Virus record (IMG/VR): IMGVR_UViG_3300013947_000036
Coordinates: 5,787 to 69,786 of that record
Origin: a virus
Lineage: Duplodnaviria; Caudoviricetes
Reading direction: 5' to 3' (one strand)
Length of the DNA: 64,000 nt
The notes beneath the pieces were generated by a model. That model searched no databases and was not told the DNA's origin. It saw nothing but the letters and a program-made list of their open reading frames with translations. Shown piece after piece: positions 37,850 to 50,870 of this stretch; positions within the stretch are counted from its first letter, which is position 1, and each line of letters starts with the position of its first letter. The translations under genes were made by a program, and so were the position numbers.

Positions 37850-39622
37850 TTGTATTGTCTAGACGAAATTTTGAATATGCATAATGAATCAATAGAAGAT
37901 ATTTTGAGAAATAGACTTAGTGAAATGAAACCAACAGCATTTTTTTGTTGGCTGAAAAAACAAAAAGAAATTCTAAATGAAATATCTAAGTTCACAGAAA
38001 AATTAAATGACAGAAAATTCAGTTTAAGGACAAAATTGTATTGGTATTTGAATAATTTAGTTGATTTTCCAAGATGTACAGTATGTGGAAAATTGATTGA
38101 AAAAGACATTGTGAACATGAAAATTGGCTATCATAGAACATGTTGCAAAAAATGTTGCTATAAAGATGAATCTAGAAACAAGAAAATATCAGAAGTATAG
38201 TTAAATAAATCAATTGATGAAAAGCTCTAGATTGAATCTAGAAAACAACAGACATGTTTAAAAAGATATGGTTGCAAATATACATTTTAGTCTGACAACA
38301 ACAAAGAAAAAACAAAATTGACTAATTTGAAGAAATATGGTTGTGAAAATTGCATGCAGTCTGATGTCATCAAGAAAAAAATGAAAGAAAACAATTTGAA
38401 GAAATATGGTTGTGAAAACGTTTTCCAAGTCAAAGAAGTCAAAACAAAATCAAGACAGACATTGAAAAAACATTATGGAAGTGAAAGATGTCTATATTCA
38501 AATTCAATTATTGCTGAAAAACGAATCAAGCATATGACAGAGACTTTAAGGAGAAAATCTTATAGAAACTGCATTTTGCAAAATGCATTTGACAAACCAT
38601 GTTTCACAGAAGACTATTTTGCAGAAAACTACAGCAAAGATTCAGAATTTGAATTTGAATGCAAAAAATGTGGAAACAAATTTCATTCAAAACATATAGC
38701 TGGTTGCCATATGCTTTGTCCAAAATGCTATCCAAGAACATCATCATTTCCAGAAAGACAAATAAGTGACTATTTGAAAAGCATATGCAAAGAAAACATA
38801 ATTCTCAATTCAAAAAACATCATTCCACCTTATGAACTTGACATATACATTCCTGAAAAGAAACTAGCTGTTGAATTTGATGGCTTGTATTGGCATGCAT
38901 TTGAAAATTTCTTGAAGTCAAAAGGAGACAAAAACTACCATCTAGCTAAGACTGAGATGTGTGAAAAACTTGGAATACAATTGATACATGTTTTTGAAGA
39001 TGAATGGAAACACAAACAAAAAACAGTTAAAAATCTGCTTAAAAACATTTTGAATATGGATACTGAAAACAATCAACTGAATGGAAACTATGAAATAAAA
39101 CTAGCAACATCTGATGAAAGTGAAAAATTCATAGATGAAAACTGTCTTTACAGTAACATAAATTCAAAAATACATCTTGGATTATATAAAGAAAAAGAAC
39201 TTGTAGCATTGATGTTGTTTGGAAAATCTAGATTCAAAAGACAGCATGAATGGGAATTGCTTAGATTCTGCATAAAGCAAAACTATGTCATATATGATGC
39301 AGCTTTTGAAAAATTGCTTAATTTTTTTGAATAGAATTTCAAACCTAAATCATTAGTTTCATATGTTGACAGACGATGGAACACTGCAAAACTGCATCAG
39401 AAACTTGGATTCAACTTGTTGAAAAAAACTAAGCCAAACTATTTTTATGTAGACAATAAACATCAACAAAGATTCAAGAATTTTCAATTCAAAAAACAAA
39501 TATTGAAAAACAAACTTAAAAACTACAATGATTCATTGACAGAATACCAAAACATGAGAAACAATGGATATGAAACTATATATGATTGTGGAAATCTTGT
39601 AATGGTGAAAACATATGTCTGA
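37850..39622 (+). CDS. Homing-endonuclease-like protein HE2
   Basis: Same architecture as HE1, with SYVDRRW...LGF motif; five TAGs read through. Confidence 0.7.
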
Positions 39623-40607
39623 AAAATTGAAAATACAATTAGAAAAACTCATTGAATCATGTCCAAGAAATTTCATGAGAGTGTTGAAAAGCAAAGCAAA
39701 CAGACAATTGCTAGATGAACTTACAGAAAAAACAAAGTTTTTAAGCAAAAACGCAACACTTAAAACACGAATTTTTTGGATATTGAATGGCATTAGTTCA
39801 TGGAATGACAAACTAGTTTGCTGCAAAATATGTAGAAAACCATTAGACAATTTCAATGTTCTGTCAATAACGAAAGGATACAAAAAGACATGCAGCAAGA
39901 AATGTGAAAGAAAATTAGCATAGGAACAATATGAAAAAACATGTGAAAACAAATATGGTTGCAAAAATGCATTTCAAATAGATGATGTGAAAGAAAAACT
40001 GCTTGAAAACCAAAAAGAAATACAGAAAAAACGTGATGAAACTAGACAAATGCATTTCAAAAATGAAAAAGGATGGAATTTGTCAAAATCATTGAAAACA
40101 AGACTAGAAAAATATGGACATGCATGGAACATACATGCTGTTAAATTCACAAAATTCAAAAAATATGGAAATTGCAATTGGAACAATATTGAAAAAAATA
40201 TTCACACAAAAAGAAAAAATGGAACTTTCAACACATCATCACAAGAAATAATAGCACATGAATTAATTTGCTAGAAATTCACAAAAAATGATGTCATTTG
40301 GCAATACAAATCAGAAAAATATCCATTTCTGTGTGATTTCTATGTTAAATCTTTAGATTTGTACATTGAATGCAATTTTTCATGGACTCATGGAGGAATG
40401 TTTTTTGATGAAAACAATGAAAATTGCATTGAAAAACTAGACAAATGGAAAGAAAAAGCAAAAACATCTAGATTCTATGAAAATGCATTGAAAACATGGA
40501 CAATCAGAGATATAAAGAAATTGAAAACTGCTTAGGAAAACAAATTGAATTACAAAGTGTTTTGGACATTAGATGAAATACTTAATTGGAAAGGTGAAAT
40601 AGTTTGA
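39615..40607 (+). CDS. Endonuclease-like protein HE3
   Basis: Shared N-module; C-terminal YPFLCDFY..LDLYIECNFSWTHGG nuclease motif. Confidence 0.65.
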
Positions 40608-41662
40608 AAAAAGAAAAAACATTAGAAGTATTGAAAAAAATAATGCATGAACATAAAACTGGATACACTAGAATTTTGAAAATGAAGAAAAATTCAGAAT
40701 TTTTGAAGCAACTTCAATCATATGTTCCAGAAAAAGCAAAAAATCTGTCTTTAAAAGCTCAAATTGTTTGGTTGTTGCATGATTTAATTGATTTTCCAAA
40801 ATGCAAAAACTGTGGAAAAACTCTTTCAGACAAAAACATCAAACATGCTTTGCTTGGATACAATCAATTTTGTTCTCATGATTGCGCAAACAAATCTGAA
40901 TTCACAAAAAACAAAGCAAAACAGACTTTCATTGAAAAATACAATTGTGAAAATCCTAGCCAAAACAATGACATTAAAAACAAAAAAATCCAAACATCTT
41001 TGAAAAACTATGGAACAACAAATCCTGCTTAGAGTCAAATAGTCAAAAACAAAATCAAAACTACATGTGTTCAAAAATATGGAACAAATTGCACATTGAA
41101 AAACAAAAACATCAAAGAAAAAACTGAAAAGACAATGTTTGAAAGATATGGAACATTGCATGCAATGAAAAATCTAACAGTCTAGCAAAAAGCAAAAGAA
41201 ACTACATTTAAAAACTTTGGTGTATTGCATCCAATGCAAAATAGAGACATTAGAGTTAAAGCACAACAGAAACTAATGTATGACAACATTAGTTTTGATT
41301 CATTGTCTGAACTAATTCTTTATGTTTTTCTTAAAGACAAAGATTTTGATTTTGAATATCAACCAAACATATCATTTGAATATGAATTTGAAGGAAAAAA
41401 ACATGTGTATTTTCCAGATTTCAAAATTGCTGACTAGTTGATTGAAATTAAAGGAAGACAATTTTTCAAAAATAATGGAACAATGCAAAATCCATGGAAC
41501 CATATTGAAGATGAATTGTATGAAGCAAAACATCAATGCATGTTGAAAAACAATGTGAAAATCATTTTAGACAATGATTCATTGATTGTTGAAGCAATGA
41601 ATTACATAAATTCAACTTATGGAAATTAGTTTTTAAAATAGTTTAAAAAGAAAATACCATGA
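40604..41662 (+). CDS. Endonuclease-like protein HE4
   Basis: Shared N-module, KYG repeats; C-terminal YFPDF...IEIKG PD-(D/E)XK motif. Confidence 0.65.
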
Positions 41663-41680
41663 TTTTCATCATGGTATTTT
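41651..41680. terminator. Bidirectional terminator between HE4 and the capsid gene
   Basis: AAAATACCATGAT-N4-ATCATGGTATTTT. Confidence 0.75.
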
Positions 41681-41716
41681 TCAATATTTGTTTTTTCAAA
41701 TATTGTAAGGTTAATT

Positions 41717-43207
41717 TTAACCTTGTACGATTGGACCACCATTTGCAGTTGGTACATCTAAGCTAGAAGGCTTGAAGATAAAGTGACGTTCACCATTAAG
41801 TGCATAAGTCTCACTTACACCTTCAACTTTAATAAATGCATAGAAGTTCTTTGCATCCCAAGGGTTAGACATTACACCATAACGTGTTCTGCAACCAATA
41901 GATGGTGTGAATGAATCAGGCTGCAATACCTTGCTAAGTTGTAGAGGAACGTAAGGGCAGTAAATAATTCCTGAATCACCTGCTTGTTTACCTTTATAAC
42001 CTAAAAGAATATAGTCAGAATCTGCAGCTTGTGTATATGCATCACGTACTAGGAGTATTGAATCATCATTGATTAGACCAACTTTTGTAAGAGCACCAAC
42101 ACCAGTGTCAGGTACTGTAGGAAGTGCAGCACTTGTCTTGAATGATGTGAACTTATTCATTGAAAGTTGTTGTAGCAATGCGCAAATACGAGGAGTTGTA
42201 ACTGCAAAGTTAGCAGAACCTCTCTTTGTACGGATAGCAATCTAGTTAGCTTCAATTGTTATTTGAGTCAAAAGTGTAGCTAAACGACTCATCTAATCAA
42301 GACCATCAGCATTGCTTGGATTCCAATCAGATGTTGATCCGCCAATAATAGCAGCTTTGACCATTTCTGTTATAATCTGACGATCAATTTCAGCACCAAC
42401 TTCATATGTCAATGTATTGACCATTTCACGTTCAACATCAATACCTTGCATTGCTTGCATATCTTCAGCAAGTTCTGGTGACCAGTGAGCAGCTAGCTTA
42501 CGTGTTGTAGCTTCAACTGGTGATTTTACTAGCTGGAAGCTTACTGTTGGATATGAACCATCTGAAAGTTTAGCAAATTCAGTTTCTTGACCAAGACCAG
42601 TACCAACACCATTCCATCTATCTGCATTAGTTGTTCCAACATATGACTTCCAATAGTCAGAAGTTGTTAATGCATCTACATCACCTTTTTTACCAGTGTA
42701 ATTAGTTTCAGTTGGGTTGTAGCCAATTTCATTTTTTGTAGTATTTTTATCAGTATTAGGATTACCATTCTTAATAGATGGTTCACCAAGAATACCATTA
42801 CCATTGTAAACTGGACGATATGCAAGAGCATAGCCAACTGGACCATTTAGAGGTTGAACTCCAACTAGTTCGTTTGCCATAAGATTTGGCATAATACGAC
42901 GAAGCATTGGAAGAACAATGTTAGGAAGATAGAAGTCACCATACTTACCACCAGAATATGGTACGCTTGGATCACCTGACATTACACCTGCATTTGTGCT
43001 TGTGCGTGTACCAACAACATCAGTTTGTGCAACACCAGCTTCATTGAGCATACCTCTCATCTTGAAGAAGTTGCGTGTATTCTCAAGAATCTGAGCTAGA
43101 GCAATCTTTGTCTCTTCTGACTGAATTGGCTTACCAGATTCAAGTATTGGACCCCACTTCTGAAGTAGCTTTCTTTGGTGAGGATCATTTAGTAAACTTT
43201 TAATCAT
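41717..43207 (-). CDS. gp23: Major capsid protein, T4 gp23-like
   Basis: LVGVQPLNGP, TRKLAAHWSPELAEDMQAMQGIDVE, EAN(Q)IAIRTKRG, YCPYVPL, RTRYG; TAGs at 42293 and 42242. Confidence 0.95.
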
Positions 43208-43288
43208 TTTTTTTTACCTTTATTTGATATATAGTTTTATTTTTTATTTTGGTTATTGACTACCAAGTCAATAAAATCGTTGAAATCT

Positions 43289-44308
43289 TTAAAATGAATT
43301 GACCATATTGCAAAGAGATTTCATATAGTTAGAATCAATTATGTCATCTGATTCTAGAATAACTTCACCATCTTTATCATATTTGTATGATTCAGTTGTT
43401 TCGTATGGTTCATCTTTTTCTGATTCAGATGTTTCCTCTTTGTCTTCATTGTCATCTTCTGCAACAGCATCATCTTCATCAACTGTCTTCTTTGTTTTAG
43501 TTGATTTTGGAGCTTCATCATTTTCAAGAATATCATTTATTTCAGATTCAAGAGTTGTTTCATCTTCTTTTTCATCTTCTTTTATTTCATTCTTGATTGA
43601 TTCTAGTACAGTCTTGAATTTAGATTCAATTTCAGCTGTTGTAGCGTTTGCAAAACGTTTCTTTATCTTACGTGCTTCAAATGTTGGAAGATCTTTTGTC
43701 TTTGACTCAAGAAGTTCTATTGCTTTGAATTGTTCAATCTTTGAATTCAATTTCTGAGTTTTTGCCATTGATTCATTGAGCTTAGCTTGAAGTTTAGCGA
43801 TTTGAGTCTCAAGATTTTTCTTGTCTTTAGAGAATGATTCTGTCAGTTCAGCTTTCTTAGCTTGTACTGCATCTTCATTGACTGTCAATATGTTCTTCAA
43901 TGATTCATGAAGTGTTTCAAGCTTCTGCATACGATCATAGTCGACAATTGTCTTCTTAGGAAGAACTGATTCAACATACAAATCTAAATAATTGCTTACT
44001 TTGCGTGCAATTTTCTTTGATTCATTGATTGAGCGAATCTTGTTTTGGATTTTTGCAGCAAGCTCAGCATTTTCTGCCTAATGCTTGAGAAATGACTCAA
44101 AAACTTTCTTGTATTCTCTGTCAAGATGCTCAGTGACAATTTTCTTTGTAGCTTTCACTGTAGCTTCTTTTTGTTTGCTCATTTTTGATTCAAGTGCAAC
44201 AATAAATGTATCGAGACTTGCTTTCTGTGACTCATTCAACTTTACACCTGCTTCGGCAAAAGCTGAAATAAGACCAGCATAACTTTCTCTTATAGATTTT
44301 AAACTCAT
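43289..44308 (-). CDS. gp22: Prohead core scaffold protein, gp22-like
   Basis: Coiled-coil, YLDLYVE motif, directly upstream of the capsid gene. Confidence 0.75.
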
Positions 44309-44343
44309 ATGATTTATTACCTTTTATTTCACGCGTATAATAT

Positions 44344-44453
44344 TATTTACTTTAGTTAAATTCATTTTTCTATTAGAAATTAATTTCTAAGACTATTTAC
44401 TCAAATTTAATTGAATTTCTATTAGAAATTATTTCTAAAATCTATTTACTTTT
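44344..44453 (-). promoter_or_regulatory. Three tandem promoter motifs with two interleaved palindromes
   Basis: GTAAATA cores in 44344-44353, 44394-44401 and 44443-44453; TTAGAAATTAATTTCTAA (44373-44390) and TTAGAAATTATTTCTAA (44422-44438). Confidence 0.6.
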
Positions 44454-44490
44454 ATGAAATTAAAAAAAAATCACATATGAAAATGTGACA

Positions 44491-45003
44491 TCAAATAAAG
44501 CATTTTTTGTCTTTGTCATATTTCCAATGGTATTTAGAAGTCTTTGGAAGACGTGTTTTGACTTCACACCATGCATTGACTGGAATGTTTCCTGAATCCC
44601 ATGTGTCGACAAAATAACTGTTTGTGTTTTTGCAATTCACATACACAATATGTCCACCATCTTTCCAATCATTAACATAGACTAAATAGACTTTTCCATC
44701 TCCTCTATGTTCATCTACCCATTTGTCTAATGGCATTTCTCCATCAAATTTAAGTGGATTGTCTTCATTTGGAAGAAGTTCTTCAATTGGTCCAAGCCAT
44801 TTTTTGAAAGTTTTCTCCAAATCATACAAATCAATGCCATCATCACCTGTGAAACCAATTCCTTTTTTGCAATCAACTTTCATTAGTTTGCATGCGATTT
44901 CATAGTCTAGACCTAATGCTCCAACAATTGCACGAATCACACAGTCACCAACATTTTTTCTCCATTTGTTGTAGTTTATGTTTCTAAAATTTTTGCTTTT
45001 CAT
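44491..45003 (-). CDS. Hypothetical phage protein, possible papain-like Cys-His-Asp fold
   Basis: VGDCVIRAI, GGHIVYV, VDTWD motifs. Confidence 0.55.
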   Translation of the reverse strand: MKSKNFRNINYNKWRKNVGDCVIRAIVGALGLDYEIACKLMKVDCKKGIGFTGDDGIDLYDLEKTFKKWLGPIEELLPNEDNPLKFDGEMPLDKWVDEHRGDGKVYLVYVNDWKDGGHIVYVNCKNTNSYFVDTWDSGNIPVNAWCEVKTRLPKTSKYHWKYDKDKKCFI

Positions 45004-45030
45004 TGCAATTATTTACTTTTTTTTGCAAAA

Positions 45031-46563
45031 TCAAACATGAACATATTTCAAATATCCACAATCAGCAATTTGAAATGTTTTGTTTGTTGAAATATGTTTT
45101 TTGTTTTTCAATTTTGGTCTTGTAGCTTTTAAAAGCTTGAAATCTGGAATTTTGAAGCATTTGTTGAAAATGCTTCTGTCTACTATGATGTTTTTTGTGT
45201 TGTCATCAATGTTGTAGAATTTTGAAATGAAATTTTCATCTGTCAAAATTCCTTTGATCAGATTTTCAATTTCATGCTTGTTTTTTCTCCATTGATCTTC
45301 CCAAACATAGACTAGCTTGATGTTGTTTTTTTCACAAAGCTTTGTCTTGAACAAATGTGCATTGATGTCATTTAGTTTTTCATGTGAATGCCAATATATG
45401 CCATTGAATTCAAATGCAATTTTCAGTTTTGGAACATAGCAATCAAGTTCATATGGCCAAATAACTTTTCTAGTTCCTCTTAAGACATTTTCCTTGCCAA
45501 CAATGCTTTCAACAAATTCATCTAATTCAATTTCTGCATGTGATTGCCTATGGCTTAACTATGGAAAACATTTCAAACATTTGAAAGCTGTCTATTTCTA
45601 GCCTTCTCTCATGAAAAAATTCATGTCAAATTTGCTAGAAAATTCATTTTGGCATTTTTTGCACTTGCATTTGTACAAATGTTCATCATTATGTCTATTT
45701 GCAGCAAATTCTTCAATTGAAAACAATGGAACAATCATTGTCGAATTTTTGAAATATTTGTTGTAGAATTTTCTTGCATTTCTCAAACAAGTCAAATTTT
45801 TTAGTTCTTTGTTGTCGTATTGGCATTTAAGTGAACAATATTGTGGCCAAACACTGCTCATTTTCACATTTTTGAAATCTAATTGTCTTCCACATGTTTT
45901 GCATCTAGGAATTTCTTGCATCTGATGCGCAATCCAATACACTCTAGTTTCTAAATTCAATTTTGTGAAATCAAGTGGATATGATTTTTCAAGCAAATAT
46001 TTATGCAATTGTTTGTTTTTGCATATCCAATTTCTGAAATTTCTTTTGTGATTGCTTAGCAAATTCACTATTTTTTCATTTGAAATTTCATCATATTCAA
46101 TAAGTTCATTTTTCATTTTCACATTGCATTCATCTGGCAATTTGTTCACATAAAACTAAGCTGTTTTTCCAGATTTGCTTATTTTGTTTCTTGAACCTAT
46201 CAATTTTTTAATGTTTGGATCTGAATTTGAACATTTTTCATCACACCAAAATTCGCTTTGTTTCAAACTTGGTTTGAATGTTTTTCTTAAAATCTTTCCA
46301 CAATATGCGCATTTCACTAATTTATGTCTATTGTTCAACACATACCAACATCTAGATGAAATAGGTGTCACATAATCGACAAAACTAGTTTCAAACATCA
46401 CAAAATCAAACAACTTTTTGAATTTAGTTGTTTTCAACATATTGAAATATGAAAAAGGAAACTCATTCACTAATCGCTAGAGAATGAGCTTCATGTCGAC
46501 ATTTTCATCAATCAAATTTTTCTATATCTATTCAATCAATTCATGTTTTCTTTTTCTATCCAC
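45031..46563 (-). CDS. Homing-endonuclease-like protein HE5
   Basis: TRVYWI...PRCKTCG, WPYELDCYVPKLKIAFEFNGIYWHS, DCGYL tail. Confidence 0.7.
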
Positions 46564-46585
46564 ATATATATTGTACAGAGTATTT

Positions 46586-47308
46586 TTAAATCAAACTTGC
46601 AAAAAAATCACTGACAGCTTTTCCTAAAAATTCAGCTTTTTTAGATGAAATGTTTGTATTTGGCATTTTGCTTATTGTTTTTTCAAATTTATTGAATTTC
46701 TGCTCAACTATTTCACCATGCATATTGCAAACAAACTATTTGCTTTCCAAAATACCATTCACAAATCTATTTCCATCTGCTGTCACCATTTCACCAATAG
46801 ACGGATTTAGGACAGTATCAATGGTTATCAGCTGCAAATCTTTCACTAAACCTGTTTTTTCATCTACTGTTCCCATTGCCCTAGAAGACACACCCCATTT
46901 AGTTCCATACTAAGTAAGTGAAGCTAAAGTATCTCCACATACAGTTCCATGAATTCCAAATTTCTCATCAGAACACAATATGACAGCTTCTCCAATCCAT
47001 TGTTTATTGTCTTCTTCTAAAGAAAGAATTCTTGCAGATGCTCTAGTTGGATCTATCTCGCATGAGCTTGGATGTTCTAGCTCCATAAGTCCACGATTAG
47101 TTTCAATCATTTCTGTTCTGAATTTGTCGACTTCTCGTCTAAGTTCTTCATATGGATATATTCTTCCATTTCCATTTTTCTTTTCAGATTGCAAAAAAAT
47201 GCCACGAAATTTCATTGTTTTTGGTTTAGATGGATCATAAGCTTCATTTATGATCTAAACTGGTTCTTTTTCTTCAGTTATAAGTTTAAAAATTTTGTTA
47301 GTTTTCAT
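46586..47308 (-). CDS. gp21: Prohead protease, gp21-like
   Basis: GIFLQSEKKNGNGRIYP, ELEHP, GVSSRAMG, D.V.NPS. Confidence 0.9.
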
Positions 47309-47317
47309 ATTAACTAT

Positions 47318-48637
47318 TTACTTTTTTCTAAAAATTAAATTACCGCAATCATATAAACTATAGAAATTTTTCTTTTCATGTTTTCCTTGACATGATTTTG
47401 AATGGAAAACTTCAATTGGTTGAGTTGTTGATATAAAATCATAATGTTCAATTTTCCAAAATGTTGGATATTTATCATGTGGAAGTTCAATTATGTCATT
47501 ATTTTTAGAAATATTAGTTTTTCCATTGATTAAATCAACAATCAATTTTTTCTGTTCTTGTTTTCGATATATCCAATCATCTTCATAAATATGAATCAAA
47601 TGTATTCCATGTTTTTCACATATATTTGTTTTATTAAGCAAATGTAATTTTTTGTTTAAATTATGTTGTTTTGCAAATTGCATACTATGCCAATATACAC
47701 CATTAAATTCAACAGCTATTTTCTTTTCAGGAATCCAAATATCTAACTCATATGGATATATAACATGTCGATTTATTTTGTTGTTTTTATTAAAAATTTT
47801 AAGTTTTGGAAATGTTTTTTTCAAAAAATTTGTTATTTCAGATTCATATTGTGAATGATTGCCAATTGTATGTGTATGTTCTATTTTGCAAAATGGACAA
47901 ACTGTTATTTTTTTATATGATTTTATTGGAGCATTGAAAACGTGTTCACATTTCATACATTGCCACCAAAATGATTTTTTGTTGCATTGAAAATTTTCAA
48001 CTGTTTTTAAATCAAATAATGGTTTGAAATTCTAATTATTTTTGATAATTTCAATAATTTTCAATTGTTTTTTCAAATGTATTTTGTCTATTGTACTTTG
48101 AAGCTTCATTACTGAATCTGTTTTGTATTTTTCAAATATAGATTTTTTGAAATTAGCTTTTACAATATCAGACTACATGCAATTTTCACAACCATATTTT
48201 TTCAAATTTGTTTCAATGACTTGTTTTTTGAATTCATTTGTTCCAAAATTTGTATATGAACCATATTTCTTAAGACAAGTTTCTTTTGTTTTTTTAGTTC
48301 TATCTGAATATATTGAATTGTTGCATTTTTTGCAATATGTTGGATATCCAATTGTCAATTTTACATTGTATGTAAATAGTTTTCCACATAGTTTGCATTT
48401 TGGAAAATCATGAAATCCATTAATAATCCAAAATATTTTTGTTTTCAAACAAAATTTTGGATCTTTAAGTTTTGGAACTTGTTCACATATCCAATTGTAA
48501 AGATTTTTATATTGTTTTCCACTGATAATAGAATTATAATGCTAAGGAAAAGTTTTTAAAATAAAATCCAATTGTTCTCTATATGAGAACAATGAATTCA
48601 ACTTTTCATGAAAATCTTTTAATTCTTTTTTTGTCAT
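47318..48637 (-). CDS. Homing-endonuclease-like protein HE6
   Basis: KIFWIING..FPKCKLCG, YPYELDIWIPEKKIAVEFNGVYWHS, YDCGNLIF. Confidence 0.7.
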
Positions 48638-48675
48638 ATATAAACTAAAAACATTTAATTATATTTACATATTTT

Positions 48676-49713
48676 TCAGTATGAAAACAGATTTGCGATA
48701 CGAGTTTCCAATGGCAATTCTGGTTTGAAAAATTCATAGTCTGCTTTTTTGCCAGATGTATACATTTTCTCCCAGCAATAAGCGATATAGTTTTCTGGAA
48801 ATGTTTTTATGTTGAGATAGTGCAGAATGAGATTGTGCATGCAGCATTTTCTGCATTTTCCACAATTATTTCCAAATAGTTGAACATTGAATTTGTTTTG
48901 TGTATGATTTCTGAATGTTTTGTTGAATCTTCCTGATGTGACGCATGAATAGTAATCATCTTGCAGATTGTATTTCAAAATAGTTTTCAGTCTTAAGCCT
49001 TTGTCTTGGCCATCTGGAATTTTGATGAATTCAAGATTTGAAATATAATTTTCAAGACAAGACAGATAAGTTTGTGTGATTTCTCTAGCATCAGTCAGAT
49101 TGACCCCAGGAACAGCTTTGTCAATAGTTAAATCGAAATCATCTCCTAAGCTTAAGTATTTCCAGTTTCTTTCTAGACATATGTCTGACATAACAGACAA
49201 TATAAGCTAATTTTTCATTGGATTTTCTGGCCAAAATTGCTTGTATGGATTGAAATGTGTGTCTTTTTCTAGATTTTTAGTAACTTTCATTGCTAGCAAA
49301 TCTAAACCTAGTTTTTCAGCTAAGATTTGAGCATATTTCCATGCTAAGCCATTTTCATATGTGTTTATGTTTCTAGCAAAAAACAAATGGACATTATAGC
49401 CAGCATTCTTGAGATATATAGCTTGGAAAACAGAATCTAGACCTGCACTGAAACCAAGTATGACATCTTTTGATTTTGTGTCTTGAATGGTATGTTTTCC
49501 AAGATTTATGTTTGATGTTTTTTCATATTTTTGTTTGAATCGATTGTATATCAAATCAACCATTGGAATGAAGCCAGACAATACTTCTAAATTTCTGTCA
49601 AACCATTTTTTGTTGAATACATCATATAGATTCAACATATCCTAAGACAAAAATGGTTTGTTTAGACAATCAATTTGGATTTTTGTAGCTAAAAATTTAG
49701 ATGTTATTTGCAT
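48676..49713 (-). CDS. QueC-like PP-loop ATPase
   Basis: FSAGLDS PP-loop, NPMKNQLILS, YYSC and CGKCRKC motifs in QueC order. Confidence 0.65.
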
Positions 49714-50804
49714 TAGATTTTGTCACTTTCATTGATGACTACGATATATTCGTCATTTTTTCCCCAATGGCATGTGTTTGTGAAAGTTTCTTTTACGAAG
49801 TTCTTGTATTTGACAATGCTTCCATCTACTACAAAAACATATCTTTTGCATTTGTAGTTTTTCAGACATGTCTCTATCCAATCATCACATGATATGTTAG
49901 ATTCTGGTACTCCATCCCATATTTCAGTGTTTCCATATGGAGGACATGTCAACAAACATTCATATGTTCCAGTGTTTTTAGTTGCATCTGCATTTGCAAG
50001 ATCATATTGTGGAATTATGCCATTTTTCTCAAAAATTGGTTTTGCGAAATCCATCAATTCTTTTGATTCTTCAATGACTCTTTTGCTAAGATCTCTTCCA
50101 ATATATTTCTTTCCAAGTGCTATTGTTCCTAGAAGTCTTCCACTGAAACCTGAAAATGGATCAAACACTTCATTGAAATCTTTCAGATATTTGTCGACTA
50201 GATATCTTGCAGCATGTGGTTTGAAAAGACCTACATTCATATATTTTCCTGATGTAGTCAAACCAATTGCATAGATGAATGGTGGAACTTTTCCTTCTAG
50301 AAGATATTTCCAATGTATGTCAAATGGTTCATTCTTTTTATGTTCATTGAACCAGTCAGAACAACGTAGTCTATTCAAATAGAATTTTCTGAAAATTTCT
50401 TTGTCATTTTGCAAAATTTTCCATCCAGTATTTGGTGAAGCATGTTTTTTCTTAGCTGCATCTAGAAAGCTTTTATGGAAATATTTTATGATTGGTGATT
50501 TTGTCTTCCAATTTCTTTGATGATTCACTAATGTAGATATTTCATTTTCATACACAGATCTAGATGGTTCTTTTTCATTGACACTTGGCAATGGATGAGA
50601 TTTGACCCATTCATATTCTCTATCTAGATATTTGTCAGCAATAGCTTCTGCAAATTTTTTTGTGCAATTGCCTTTGTATTTGTAATTTGGATTTCCAGCT
50701 TCTCTTTGTATTTTAAGAAAAACTTTGTTTTCTTTCAATCCATCATATGTCAATGGAAAATTTTCATTTTCTGGCAAAATGTCTTTTCTAGATATATCAT
50801 TCAT
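49713..50804 (-). CDS. SAM-dependent amino (N6-A/N4-C type) DNA methyltransferase-like protein
   Basis: VFDPFSGFSG (motif I), YIGRD, LLTCPPY (motif IV-like). Confidence 0.7.
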   Translation of the reverse strand: MNDISRKDILPENENFPLTYDGLKENKVFLKIQREAGNPNYKYKGNCTKKFAEAIADKYLDREYEWVKSHPLPSVNEKEPSRSVYENEISTLVNHQRNWKTKSPIIKYFHKSFLDAAKKKHASPNTGWKILQNDKEIFRKFYLNRLRCSDWFNEHKKNEPFDIHWKYLLEGKVPPFIYAIGLTTSGKYMNVGLFKPHAARYLVDKYLKDFNEVFDPFSGFSGRLLGTIALGKKYIGRDLSKRVIEESKELMDFAKPIFEKNGIIPQYDLANADATKNTGTYECLLTCPPYGNTEIWDGVPESNISCDDWIETCLKNYKCKRYVFVVDGSIVKYKNFVKETFTNTCHWGKNDEYIVVINESDKI

Positions 50805-50817
50805 GAATATATCATAC

Positions 50818-50867
50818 TTGAAAATCATAAGATAAATGCCATGTTGAAGACATGGCATAGAGTTCAC
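50818..50867 (+). mobile_element. 50-bp hairpin mini-element (copy 3; loop inverted)
   Basis: TCATAC|TTGAAAATCATAAGATAA ATGCCATG-TTGAAGA-CATGGCAT AGAGTTCAC. Confidence 0.7.
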
Positions 50868-50870
50868 TTT

